Positions 9,060 to 17,672 of a stretch of 64,000 nucleotides of DNA are shown here, one piece after another (position 1 is the first letter of the stretch; each line of letters opens with the position of its first letter). Source of the DNA: an uncultured archaeon (GTDB lineage Archaea; Aenigmatarchaeota; Aenigmatarchaeia; CG10238-14; SCSR01); the NCBI GenBank assembly GCA_964372485.1, contig CAYJQI010000001.1:128001-192000 (forward strand). Direction: 5' to 3'. Made by a program: the position numbers and the translations under genes. Below the pieces are notes generated by a model. That model ran no database searches. It saw only the letters and a program-made list of their open reading frames with translations, and was not told the origin of the DNA.

Positions 9060-10772
9060 TTATTTAACAGTCAAACCATCTATCCATAATTTTTTTGCAC
9101 TAGTTAGAGAAGGTGTGTAATCCACTTCTTCAAAATGTATTTCACTTACGGAATTCCAATCGAATGCTGAGTTTTTACTAAATTCATCTTTATTGATACT
9201 TAATGGGGTATTTTGGAAACTTGTAGTAACACCTGTGATTAATTTCTGTACTTGGTCTCCCCCAAAGTCTCTGAGTATGACTTTGACATCTGTACTTACA
9301 TCAGATTTAATCAAAACTAATAATTCACTTAAGGCAAATGGATTTTGAGACGTGTACACCATATAAACATCATTACTTTCACCTCTGATAGAAAAGTAAC
9401 CCATTATTCTATCACTGGAATCAAGATAAACTGCAGTATTTCTCCCGCTCCATCTATCAATTGATTCAGTTATTGGTTCCGATAATGAACTTCGCATAGG
9501 AAGTGTAACTGTTTTTATCTCTGTTACTTTATATGACCCGGTTGAATCAAATGCAATTCCTTGGAAAGCGTAAGTTGATTCTATTGTATTACATATTATT
9601 GAAAACTTGGTTGAACACGCTACACCTTCGTTTGAACAATCATATTCACCTACTTTTTGACGATCATCAATTGTTTGTTTCGGTATGTCAACATCTTGTA
9701 AGAGACAATAATTCTTATTTCCTTGATGATCCAGGTTCAAATAAAGTGATTTTAGGTCACCATTATCATCTTCTGCTGTAAAGGATATTTCAAATAATTC
9801 ACCTAAATCAACTGATCCTTTAACTTGAAGGTTAGCAGATTTGGGTGGTTGTTGGATTGGAGAAATGTCTGGACCGGTTTTTGTCCATATACCAACATCT
9901 CCGTTAAAATCACAATCCGCTTCTCCAAAATCACTTTCGGCTGAATTTTTACATGTATGCCATACTCCATCTGACCCACATAATACACCATATTTTATTT
10001 TATAACCTCTCAAACCTTTGTTATTTTCCAATGCAGATCTATCTAATAAATTACAAAGGTCACCTTTGGCGCAGGGATCATGAGCTAGTAGAGTTTCGTC
10101 ATCGAAAGGAATACTTAAAACAAAATTGTTTTGAATACAACCAATTCTATCCACAAGATCTAAAAATGTAACTTCCCCATAACAGTTCACATAAGCATTA
10201 GGACCTGCGCAACGTTCACCACCTTGGCAAATAGTTGATACATCCCCTCTCACACATTTATCTCCTTCACCAGCTTTGGTTATTCTTTTGGGAATACAAA
10301 CAGGATTAGGATCTATTAATTTCGATTTTATACATTCGTAAGGTGATGAACATGTATCATCAATCTTAGCACCTGGATAGACATAATAATAACCACCATT
10401 GTCAACAGCTTCATTCGCACTTCCTAAAGATCCTTCATCATTTACGAATAAAACACATCTATCAGTGGGCAATTCTCCTGGAAAGAAAAATGGATTTGTT
10501 CCAAAACCTTCATCGTGTGCAGAGTGATGAACAGCATCTTGTCTTTTTTCTATCAATTCAAATGCCCATATTTCACCGGATGGATCAGCTTCATCACCTT
10601 TCACATGAATTGCGTAACCTTTGTCAGGGATGTCGAATCCTCCAAACATATTCTGTAACCATCCCAACAAATCAACACCAAAAGCTTTTGTAAGAAAAGC
10701 CATTCCAACAATAATAACAGCAACCATCAAGAAAATTTTCATGATCGCTTCTATAGCCATTGCCTTTGACAT
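9060..10772 (-). CDS. large pilin-like / adhesin-like secreted protein
   Basis: 570 aa. N-terminus MSKAMAIEAIMKIFLMVAVIIVGMAFL is class III signal-like. Cys-rich middle region and beta-rich C-terminus. Confidence 0.6.
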   Translation of the reverse strand: MSKAMAIEAIMKIFLMVAVIIVGMAFLTKAFGVDLLGWLQNMFGGFDIPDKGYAIHVKGDEADPSGEIWAFELIEKRQDAVHHSAHDEGFGTNPFFFPGELPTDRCVLFVNDEGSLGSANEAVDNGGYYYVYPGAKIDDTCSSPYECIKSKLIDPNPVCIPKRITKAGEGDKCVRGDVSTICQGGERCAGPNAYVNCYGEVTFLDLVDRIGCIQNNFVLSIPFDDETLLAHDPCAKGDLCNLLDRSALENNKGLRGYKIKYGVLCGSDGVWHTCKNSAESDFGEADCDFNGDVGIWTKTGPDISPIQQPPKSANLQVKGSVDLGELFEISFTAEDDNGDLKSLYLNLDHQGNKNYCLLQDVDIPKQTIDDRQKVGEYDCSNEGVACSTKFSIICNTIESTYAFQGIAFDSTGSYKVTEIKTVTLPMRSSLSEPITESIDRWSGRNTAVYLDSSDRIMGYFSIRGESNDVYMVYTSQNPFALSELLVLIKSDVSTDVKVILRDFGGDQVQKLITGVTTSFQNTPLSINKDEFSKNSAFDWNSVSEIHFEEVDYTPSLTSAKKLWIDGLTVK

Positions 10773-10807
10773 TAATAGTAATTAAATTAGGAAAAATAAA
10801 TAACTGG

Positions 10808-10993
10808 TCAGCATGGACCCGGTATATTACCACCAGGTATAAGTGCACAAACAAAATTCTTCAACCCTTCCAATAATACTCCACTAAAGAACGATGTTAT
10901 CTTTTCGTGAAAGATCCAGATCAGAATTAAAGCCGTTAATGCAAATATGACCGACGTTACAATCCACAATACATCTCCTATAGCTTTTGCCAT
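10808..10993 (-). CDS. small pilin-like membrane protein
   Basis: 61 aa starting MAKAIGDVLWIVTSVIFALTALILIWIF. Its ATG shares one base with the stop codon of the upstream micro-ORF (TAATG). Confidence 0.45.
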   Translation of the reverse strand: MAKAIGDVLWIVTSVIFALTALILIWIFHEKITSFFSGVLLEGLKNFVCALIPGGNIPGPC

Positions 10994-11106
10994 TAGCTAC
11001 CTCCTGTTTTTTTCCATATATTGAATGCAGCAAGTAGAATTAATAATGTGAAAACTAGCATTATCAAAAACCAAAATATATACCCCGTCATGGCCCCCTT
11101 TTTCAT
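10993..11106 (-). CDS. micro-ORF, 37-aa pilin-like membrane peptide (below the ORF-track cutoff)
   Basis: My translation is MKKGAMTGYIFWFLIMLVFTLLILLAAFNIWKKTGGS*. It starts 17 nt after the platform gene, ends in a TAATG overlap with the next gene, and has the same M-K-K-G plus hydrophobic pattern as its neighbours. Confidence 0.35.
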   Translation of the reverse strand: MKKGAMTGYIFWFLIMLVFTLLILLAAFNIWKKTGGS

Positions 11107-11122
11107 ATTTATACATTGAATT

Positions 11123-13102
11123 TTAGACTAATAACTTCTCTAGTGAAATGACAGATGTGAAGAGATAATATGTAAACAAGAGTGTGAATACATACACAAT
11201 ACTACTGTAAAGAAGAGTTTTAGAAATAGTAAGACGTTTTAGAAGACTTTCTTCACCATTCGTGATTGCGCTTACGGTAAATGCGATGATTGCAACTATT
11301 TCCACCAGATAAATCCCAACAAGTAATTGAAAACCGTGGATTGGAATAATATCACTGATATTAACTATTGAAGAAACGACTCCTGTACCAACACCACCCA
11401 CAGGTCCTAAAGCAGATCCTATTGTATTGTAAACTTGATCAAATGCTTCTCCAAGGAAAAGATTAAGTCGTGTCATTACTGCAGTCATTGTTACAACAAC
11501 CCCCGCACTTAACGGAGCAAGAAGTACACTTTGGATATTCATAGTCGATGTAACTTCATCCATCATATTTTTCAGTTCTTCACCTACTTGATGCATATCT
11601 TTCATGTATCGTGAGATAATTACCATGGATTTGGATGCACTTTGCATTCCTTTTTTAGAAGTTTCAACTATAACACGCATGGCAGAGTCTATTATACTCG
11701 ATGGGTAATAGTTAATTGCACCATATTTTTTATCGAAAATCGCATTTTCAAATGTCATTCCAAAAGTTTCAATATTATAGAGTATTTTTTGGAAGAAATT
11801 TGATATTTTTAGATTTTTAATATCGCCTTTCATTCTTCTTAATGCAGTTTCCAATGGGATTCCTCGTAATAACATACTACCGAGTTGGAATAATGCCTCG
11901 GAGAATTCAGTTTCAATTTCTCCAATTTCTTTTCTGAGTTTAATTTTTCTTTTAGTAGAGAAATAAAAATATGTAATAAACCCACCAGCCAATCCAAGCG
12001 TTATTAACATTGATGAGAAGAGTAACTTGAAACTAATTATATTTTCATCACCCACTATACCAAATACACCTAATGCAATCAACGGAAACGAAATCAATAA
12101 GGGAATTATATAAGGTTTCTCATAAAACTTTGTTACATAAAAATCAGGATGTCTACTTAGATCAGGTTGTCGTAAACTGTACGGTCTTTTCTCCAGATAA
12201 CTATTCATGAAAAGGTAAACAATAAGAGGCAGGAAGAAATCATAACCTACAGCAAGGAAGATAGGTTTTATTAAATCTGGTAAAAATCCACTCAAGATTG
12301 GGAAGAAAATTAATCCTATTATCGGCAAAAGAATTCCGAAAGCATTTAGAATAGTAACAGGTTCCTTTAATTGTCTCGAATATTGACGCATTCTATCTTT
12401 AGTTCCATCAAGCATAACAGATACTGCTTCATCCAGAAATCTTTCGCGTTTCTCTTGTGATTCAGCACCAGAATTCTTTATAAGATATATTGCTTCTGAA
12501 AATTCCTTACTATCCCGTTTCCACTTTTCTATAAAAGAATCCAAAGCGTCTTCAATCTTATCATATTTCCTTGTGTAAACTCCCCATAGCAATTCTCGTA
12601 AATCAGTAGACAGTGCACCTTTCAAATTTCTGGATGCAAATCTGACTGCATTTTCCAAATTAGGAGACAAATGCATTGATATACTCATGTAAATCGATGC
12701 AAGGACCATTTCAGATGAAGCGTTTATACGAAATACTGTTGCATAATGATTCGGATAATTTATTAGAAAATAAAATGCAATACCAGTCAATAAAAGAGAA
12801 AAAATTACAGACGAAGGGGTTAACAAGCCTGAACCAGATAGTGAATTAAGAAAGATGAAAATGATTATTGTTGTTAGAAAAACTAATAATGTTCCTATTA
12901 CAGCAAGAGAAAAGGCACCTTTAGGCGTTATCTTGAGATGTGAAAATGTTATAGATTCGGCATATTTTTCTTTCAAACTTTTGAAAGGTTGCAACGGAAA
13001 TATTTTTTCTGAAATATTAGCTAGTTTTTCATATTTAGATAGTTTTTTAGCTAATTTTTCTTCTTTTAGAAATTCTTGATATTCACGCGAAACTACTGGC
13101 AT
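11123..13102 (-). CDS. type IV pilus / archaellum-type platform membrane protein (FlaJ/TadC, T2SS-F family)
   Basis: 659 aa and polytopic. Two cytoplasmic helical T2SSF-like domains (..LSTDLRELLWGVY..; ..FSEALFQLGSMLLRGIPLETALRRM..) are each followed by TM clusters. It lies next to the secretion ATPase. Confidence 0.8.
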   Translation of the reverse strand: MPVVSREYQEFLKEEKLAKKLSKYEKLANISEKIFPLQPFKSLKEKYAESITFSHLKITPKGAFSLAVIGTLLVFLTTIIIFIFLNSLSGSGLLTPSSVIFSLLLTGIAFYFLINYPNHYATVFRINASSEMVLASIYMSISMHLSPNLENAVRFASRNLKGALSTDLRELLWGVYTRKYDKIEDALDSFIEKWKRDSKEFSEAIYLIKNSGAESQEKRERFLDEAVSVMLDGTKDRMRQYSRQLKEPVTILNAFGILLPIIGLIFFPILSGFLPDLIKPIFLAVGYDFFLPLIVYLFMNSYLEKRPYSLRQPDLSRHPDFYVTKFYEKPYIIPLLISFPLIALGVFGIVGDENIISFKLLFSSMLITLGLAGGFITYFYFSTKRKIKLRKEIGEIETEFSEALFQLGSMLLRGIPLETALRRMKGDIKNLKISNFFQKILYNIETFGMTFENAIFDKKYGAINYYPSSIIDSAMRVIVETSKKGMQSASKSMVIISRYMKDMHQVGEELKNMMDEVTSTMNIQSVLLAPLSAGVVVTMTAVMTRLNLFLGEAFDQVYNTIGSALGPVGGVGTGVVSSIVNISDIIPIHGFQLLVGIYLVEIVAIIAFTVSAITNGEESLLKRLTISKTLLYSSIVYVFTLLFTYYLFTSVISLEKLLV

Positions 13103-13134
13103 TAATTAGATTTTGATTTGGAGGGAAATTAAGG

Positions 13135-13428
13135 TTACCTACATTCCGTAGGTGGATTTCCACCCGAGATTGTTTGACAAATAGGACATGCATTGGTTTT
13201 CGGATCAAAACCTGTTCCACATGATCTTCCACAAACTTCTTTCATTGTTGTTTCTTTAGACTCATCTGGAGATGTACACCATGCAAATATCCTTGCGTTA
13301 CATTCGCCTTCTTTAGTAACACAATTTCCTGTTCCCCCACTTGAGATAAGCCAATAACCGATTATAGCTACAACAATGACTCCTATTATTAATGCTATTA
13401 TGTAAGGTATGGCCACTCCTTTCTTCAT
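13135..13428 (-). CDS. small Cys-rich pilin-like protein (MKGVA.PY family)
   Basis: 97 aa starting MKKGVAIPYIIALIIGVIVVAIIGYWL. Nine Cys, including ECNARIFAWC. 4-nt overlap with the upstream paralogue. Confidence 0.6.
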   Translation of the reverse strand: MKKGVAIPYIIALIIGVIVVAIIGYWLISSGGTGNCVTKEGECNARIFAWCTSPDESKETTMKEVCGRSCGTGFDPKTNACPICQTISGGNPPTECR

Positions 13429-13787
13429 CTTTCACATCCGCCCCAAACACCATTCACACATTGTTGTATTCCAGATTCTGTAGGAGAAATTACACAATTA
13501 CGTGTTTGACCATTTGTACATTGTTGAGATCCTGATGGGGTAGTGTAAGAAGGTGTTTCGATGCATTTACCTGTAGAATCTTTTTCTGGTTTAAGCCCTG
13601 GGCATTTAGTTTCATCGAAATTTGATGTAAATCCATTACAATAATTGAAAGCCATTGTATCACATTCTGCTTTATTTCCTACAATAATTGTTTTTCCTCC
13701 TTGGAAAATTAACCAATATCCGATTAAACCAATTATAATTACACCAAGTACAAGCGCAATAACATATGGAATGGCCACGCCTTTCAT
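13425..13787 (-). CDS. small Cys-rich pilin-like protein (MKGVA.PY family)
   Basis: 120 aa starting MKGVAIPYVIALVLGVIIIGLIGYWL. Eight Cys, including ECDTMAFNYC. Confidence 0.6.
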   Translation of the reverse strand: MKGVAIPYVIALVLGVIIIGLIGYWLIFQGGKTIIVGNKAECDTMAFNYCNGFTSNFDETKCPGLKPEKDSTGKCIETPSYTTPSGSQQCTNGQTRNCVISPTESGIQQCVNGVWGGCER

Positions 13788-13806
13788 AGAAATAATTTGA
13801 TTTACT

Positions 13807-16044
13807 TTAACTAATTCTTTTCTTAAACCATTCCAACCATTTGTCGTAAATCATTTTCGAGTCCAAGGCACCAACTTCCTGCCTGACTTGCTCGGAAATT
13901 AGATGGAACATTGCATTCGATTCAACGACATAATCTGCTTCGAGGGATGTATCTCTTCCTGTAGTTGCGGCAAGATTGACCATCGTTTCCTTAATCTTGG
14001 CTCTCAAAAGAATATTATCCCAGACCAAATCCCATTGGCCATGCCATTCCCTGACTCTGCTTGATATTTCATTCAATAATTCAGACTCACCATCTATCAA
14101 AGTAGCGGTAGGTTTTAGTTTGTCTTCTTTTGCAGAATATTCCATGAGATTAATAAATCCTCCTTCATCCATTGGATCGTTCTTCCAATGTTTTCTTACT
14201 TCAGTCAATTCAGTAACTCGCCTAAATCTATGAAGACCATCGGATGATTTCAATTGATTACAAACTGTGATTAGATCCAATGCTTTGAAACTAGTTGGTG
14301 GAACACCTAAATCATGAACCACTCTATCATAAACACCATAAGCAGATTCACCATGAATTGTACCTGCAACGACATTTGCTAATGCACCAATTCTCATCGC
14401 CTCATAGAGTGCAAGTGATTCAACAGATCTTACTTCACCAATAATGAGAACAGAATCTCCCAATCTTAATGCAGTTCGCAAGGCTTCGTCTGCTGGTAAT
14501 TCAGTTTCAACACGAGTAATAACAGAACGTGATTTCATTCTTTCGATATTATATCCTAATTGTCGTAATGAAGTCATTGGAAGTTCGAGTGTATCTTCGA
14601 CAGAAATAATTCTGAACTTCGGCATTATTTCCAACATTAATGATCCGAGAACAGATGTTTTTCCTGATCCACGTCCACCCGCTACAAGTAATGCTCTTCC
14701 ACCATCGATAATAAAACTCATCAGCCCTGCATACAATGGATCGAACATTTTATTTTTAACAAATAATGGAAATGTCCAAGGTTTTTCTCTGTGTCTTCTA
14801 AATGCAAAGGCAAGTCCTTCGGGTGATAATGATTTTGTTATAGCTGCAACTCTTGCTCTTCCCCCAGGGACAAACAATTCAGTATCAAGAACAGGATTTG
14901 ATTCATCTAATGGTCTACCGGAATACAATCTGAATCTCGTTGCCCATGATTCTGCATCTTCGTTTGTAGGAATTAAATTTGTTTCACATTCTTCAAAATC
15001 TCCATGAGTAATGTATATAGGTATTAATCCTATAGGTGCGTTAATGTAGACGTCTTGAATTCTTTCATCTGATAATAATAATTCTAAAATTCCAAATCCT
15101 GCTGTGTAACGTGATAGAATTGTTGCGAGTTCTTCTATCTCAGCTGAAGTTAAATTTACTCCCATGTTTCTTGATATATCACGGATAAGATCTCTTCCAA
15201 GATTTTTGAAAAGTTCTCTAGATTTTTCTGGTTCGACGGATTCTGCTTCTGTTGGACGATGCGCGGCAAGATATCTTCTCGCAGAATCGAGTATTGTATA
15301 TTTTTCATCGCTTAGAACAAATTCTTTTGGAGTTATATGATAAAGATGACGAACTTTTGTTGGAAGTTTGTATATTTCCACATCTGCACCTACCATTGAA
15401 TATTTTTCAACTAATCGTGCTCCTTTCGGAATTGAGAGCATGAATCGGGTGAGCATAAAATTTGGACGGGTTGTTGGTGAAAATAATTCTCTGTATATAT
15501 CTCTACTCCCAAGTTGGTAACTCTGTAGAATCGGCATTGCTTTTTGGATTAATGTACAACCTTCAAGAATATTTTTCATCGGAATTAATGCACTATCAAG
15601 ATATTGACTGAAACAAACTTTCTGTTCTATTGGTGCGGTACCTTCGAGAACTTTATTTGCATTAACCATCTTCACAATTCTCAAATAAGCTCCGATTGGA
15701 TCTTTTCTTAGAACCTCCATTGTTAAAAATTGTAAATCTGCTAATCTTTTTGCGAAAAGTTTTTCACATTGTGTAGGACCGAAGTTTTTGATACTGATTA
15801 TTTTGTCGATATTCAAAATCCTATTGTAAGCATCTGCAATTTCACGTAACATTTTAGTTTGTTCAACATCATATTCATTTTCACGAGCTTCGATTAGAAC
15901 AACTCTGTTAGCTTCCCGAGCTTCAAGTAATTTATCGATAACTACGGCCATTGTTGCATCAGAATCTTCTACACTTGGAGGTATGGCCCAATTCATGCAG
16001 TTTATTCTAAGAGCTCCATCTACCACTTCATACTGTATAGCCAA
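13807..16044 (-). CDS. type II/IV secretion-system ATPase (FlaI / GspE / VirB11 superfamily), first gene of the pilus-like operon
   Basis: 745 aa. Walker A is LVAGGRGSGKTSVLGSL, the Walker B / Asp box region is SVLIIGEVRSVE, and the His box is VAGTIHGES. The N-terminal region is long compared with typical FlaI. Confidence 0.9.
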   Translation of the reverse strand: MAIQYEVVDGALRINCMNWAIPPSVEDSDATMAVVIDKLLEAREANRVVLIEARENEYDVEQTKMLREIADAYNRILNIDKIISIKNFGPTQCEKLFAKRLADLQFLTMEVLRKDPIGAYLRIVKMVNANKVLEGTAPIEQKVCFSQYLDSALIPMKNILEGCTLIQKAMPILQSYQLGSRDIYRELFSPTTRPNFMLTRFMLSIPKGARLVEKYSMVGADVEIYKLPTKVRHLYHITPKEFVLSDEKYTILDSARRYLAAHRPTEAESVEPEKSRELFKNLGRDLIRDISRNMGVNLTSAEIEELATILSRYTAGFGILELLLSDERIQDVYINAPIGLIPIYITHGDFEECETNLIPTNEDAESWATRFRLYSGRPLDESNPVLDTELFVPGGRARVAAITKSLSPEGLAFAFRRHREKPWTFPLFVKNKMFDPLYAGLMSFIIDGGRALLVAGGRGSGKTSVLGSLMLEIMPKFRIISVEDTLELPMTSLRQLGYNIERMKSRSVITRVETELPADEALRTALRLGDSVLIIGEVRSVESLALYEAMRIGALANVVAGTIHGESAYGVYDRVVHDLGVPPTSFKALDLITVCNQLKSSDGLHRFRRVTELTEVRKHWKNDPMDEGGFINLMEYSAKEDKLKPTATLIDGESELLNEISSRVREWHGQWDLVWDNILLRAKIKETMVNLAATTGRDTSLEADYVVESNAMFHLISEQVRQEVGALDSKMIYDKWLEWFKKRIS

Positions 16045-16091
16045 GAATTCACCTAATTAATTTATTTGCGTAGTTAAACAAATCTTTTATA

Positions 16092-16520
16092 ATGGACATC
16101 CCTAACCTTCCGCAATTGCCCTTTGAAAGACACGATGAGGAAGTTTCAAAAATAGTCACAGAGCTTGTTAAAAGAGTGAATGAGGATGTGAGGAGAATAA
16201 GAGTTGTGGAGCAGAGAATTGATAGGTTGGAAAGTTCTGTTGAATCAATTCAAGAAGATACATTGACTCAGTTGAATGATTTGAAAATTGGATTGGAAAA
16301 GATTAACAACAAAATAGTTTCTGTTTCTGAAAAGTTGATGAACATCGAGGGCGAGATTTTAAGATTAAGCAAAGAATTGTCAAAAACCGCAACTAGAAGG
16401 GAATTGAAACAGATAGAAACTTTTATTGATTTGATAAATCCTGTTACAGCGAAATTTGTTACGAAAGAAGAAGTAGAAAAAGCGATTGAAGATAAAGTTC
16501 ATAGATTCAAGAAATCATGA
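16092..16520 (+). CDS. coiled-coil protein, function unknown
   Basis: 142 aa with heptad-rich sequence (RIRVVEQRIDRLESSVESIQEDTLTQLNDLKIGLEKINNKI..). Divergent from the pilus ATPase gene across a 47-nt spacer. Confidence 0.5.
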   Translation: MDIPNLPQLPFERHDEEVSKIVTELVKRVNEDVRRIRVVEQRIDRLESSVESIQEDTLTQLNDLKIGLEKINNKIVSVSEKLMNIEGEILRLSKELSKTATRRELKQIETFIDLINPVTAKFVTKEEVEKAIEDKVHRFKKS

Positions 16521-16922
16521 TTTTGGTAGAATTTGTAATGTTGCTTCAAGTTGAGGATGATCACCTTGGCTTCCTTCAGCACATGTTTTACAATAGATTT
16601 TAAATGAACCGACTTTAGATGCAACAAACTCGATCACATCAGGATTTGATGGTGATGTACTGGTAATCAATGTGTTTATTCCAAATTCGTCAATGGAAAT
16701 ACCATGATCATGTGTAGGTTCTGTTGTAATTGCAAGGAATTTTATTAAATCCCCCTCAGTTGCTGTGAATTTATTAGGTTGGTAACCTCCATGAGTTATA
16801 GCAATATCAAATTCTGTTGTATTTCCGGCAAAAGTTGTCTTACCAGGCATTCCAAAGAAGAATCCAGCGAATAAAATAACCGCTACAAGAAGAATGAGTA
16901 AATATAACTTATTTAATTTCAT
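16515..16922 (-). CDS. membrane-anchored cupredoxin-like domain protein
   Basis: 135 aa with an N-terminal TM helix. 'GGYQPNKFTATEGDLIKFLA..THDHGISIDEFG..GSFKIYCKTC..H' resembles the cupredoxin_1 / EfeO-type pattern (His, Cys, His ligand candidates). Confidence 0.5.
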   Translation of the reverse strand: MKLNKLYLLILLVAVILFAGFFFGMPGKTTFAGNTTEFDIAITHGGYQPNKFTATEGDLIKFLAITTEPTHDHGISIDEFGINTLITSTSPSNPDVIEFVASKVGSFKIYCKTCAEGSQGDHPQLEATLQILPKS

Positions 16923-16974
16923 GAGAAAAGCTTAGATTTATGTTCTCTTAAAGGAAAATAACTATAGTGAATTA

Positions 16975-17649
16975 ATGGCATTACCTTTTTTGAGAGGCGG
17001 AAAGGGCAAAGGCGCTATTCCTGTGGAAAGAGTCAAAGATTTGACCGCAAGAGGGTTTTCTGAAGTCGAAATTATAGATGTTTTGAGAAAAGAGGGTTAT
17101 TCTCCAGAAGAAATTGACACCGGATTGACACAATCTTTAAAATTTGCGGCTGCAAACCCAGCAACTCCACCAAATTTAGGATTACCACCAGAGCAACCTA
17201 AGGAAAGGGGTATGTTACCGACTTTGGATGATATTTTACCACGAGAACAACCTCAAACTGTGACTCCACAATTACCAGAAACATCTTTACCGCAAGAATA
17301 TTATCAACAAGACCATCAACAAGCATATCCAACTGAAGATTATGTAGATTATATTGTTCAGGCAAGAATGGGAGACATAAATCAAAAGATTACCGAGTTC
17401 TCAGTCAAGGCTACTGAAATAGAAAAAAGAGTGCAGGAAATAAGTGATAGAATAAGTGAGATTATGAATTTGAGAAATGCTGAACAAACACAGATTTTGA
17501 GTAAGATAGAAACTTTCAAAGAAGGTGTGACTGATATAGAAACTAGAATTAGTGGTTTGGAGAGGGCATTTAAGGAAACATTGCCTGCATTAATAGAATC
17601 TGTGAGGGCATTGACTGATCTTGTGCAAAGATTCAAGAGAGAAGCTTAA
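16975..17649 (+). CDS. coiled-coil protein with a small N-terminal helical domain and a Pro/Gln-rich linker
   Basis: 224 aa. N-terminus VERVKDLTARGFSEVEIIDVLRKEGYSPEEID, a P/Q-rich low-complexity middle, then a C-terminal ~100-aa heptad region similar in style to 16092..16520. Confidence 0.5.
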   Translation: MALPFLRGGKGKGAIPVERVKDLTARGFSEVEIIDVLRKEGYSPEEIDTGLTQSLKFAAANPATPPNLGLPPEQPKERGMLPTLDDILPREQPQTVTPQLPETSLPQEYYQQDHQQAYPTEDYVDYIVQARMGDINQKITEFSVKATEIEKRVQEISDRISEIMNLRNAEQTQILSKIETFKEGVTDIETRISGLERAFKETLPALIESVRALTDLVQRFKREA

Positions 17650-17672
17650 CTTTTCAAAAATAAATTATAATA

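Noticed and set aside
14444-15007. 187-aa + strand ORF (plus 13976..14233 and 15252..15443)
   Set aside because: All lie antisense inside the secretion ATPase gene, whose Walker motifs establish the minus frame.
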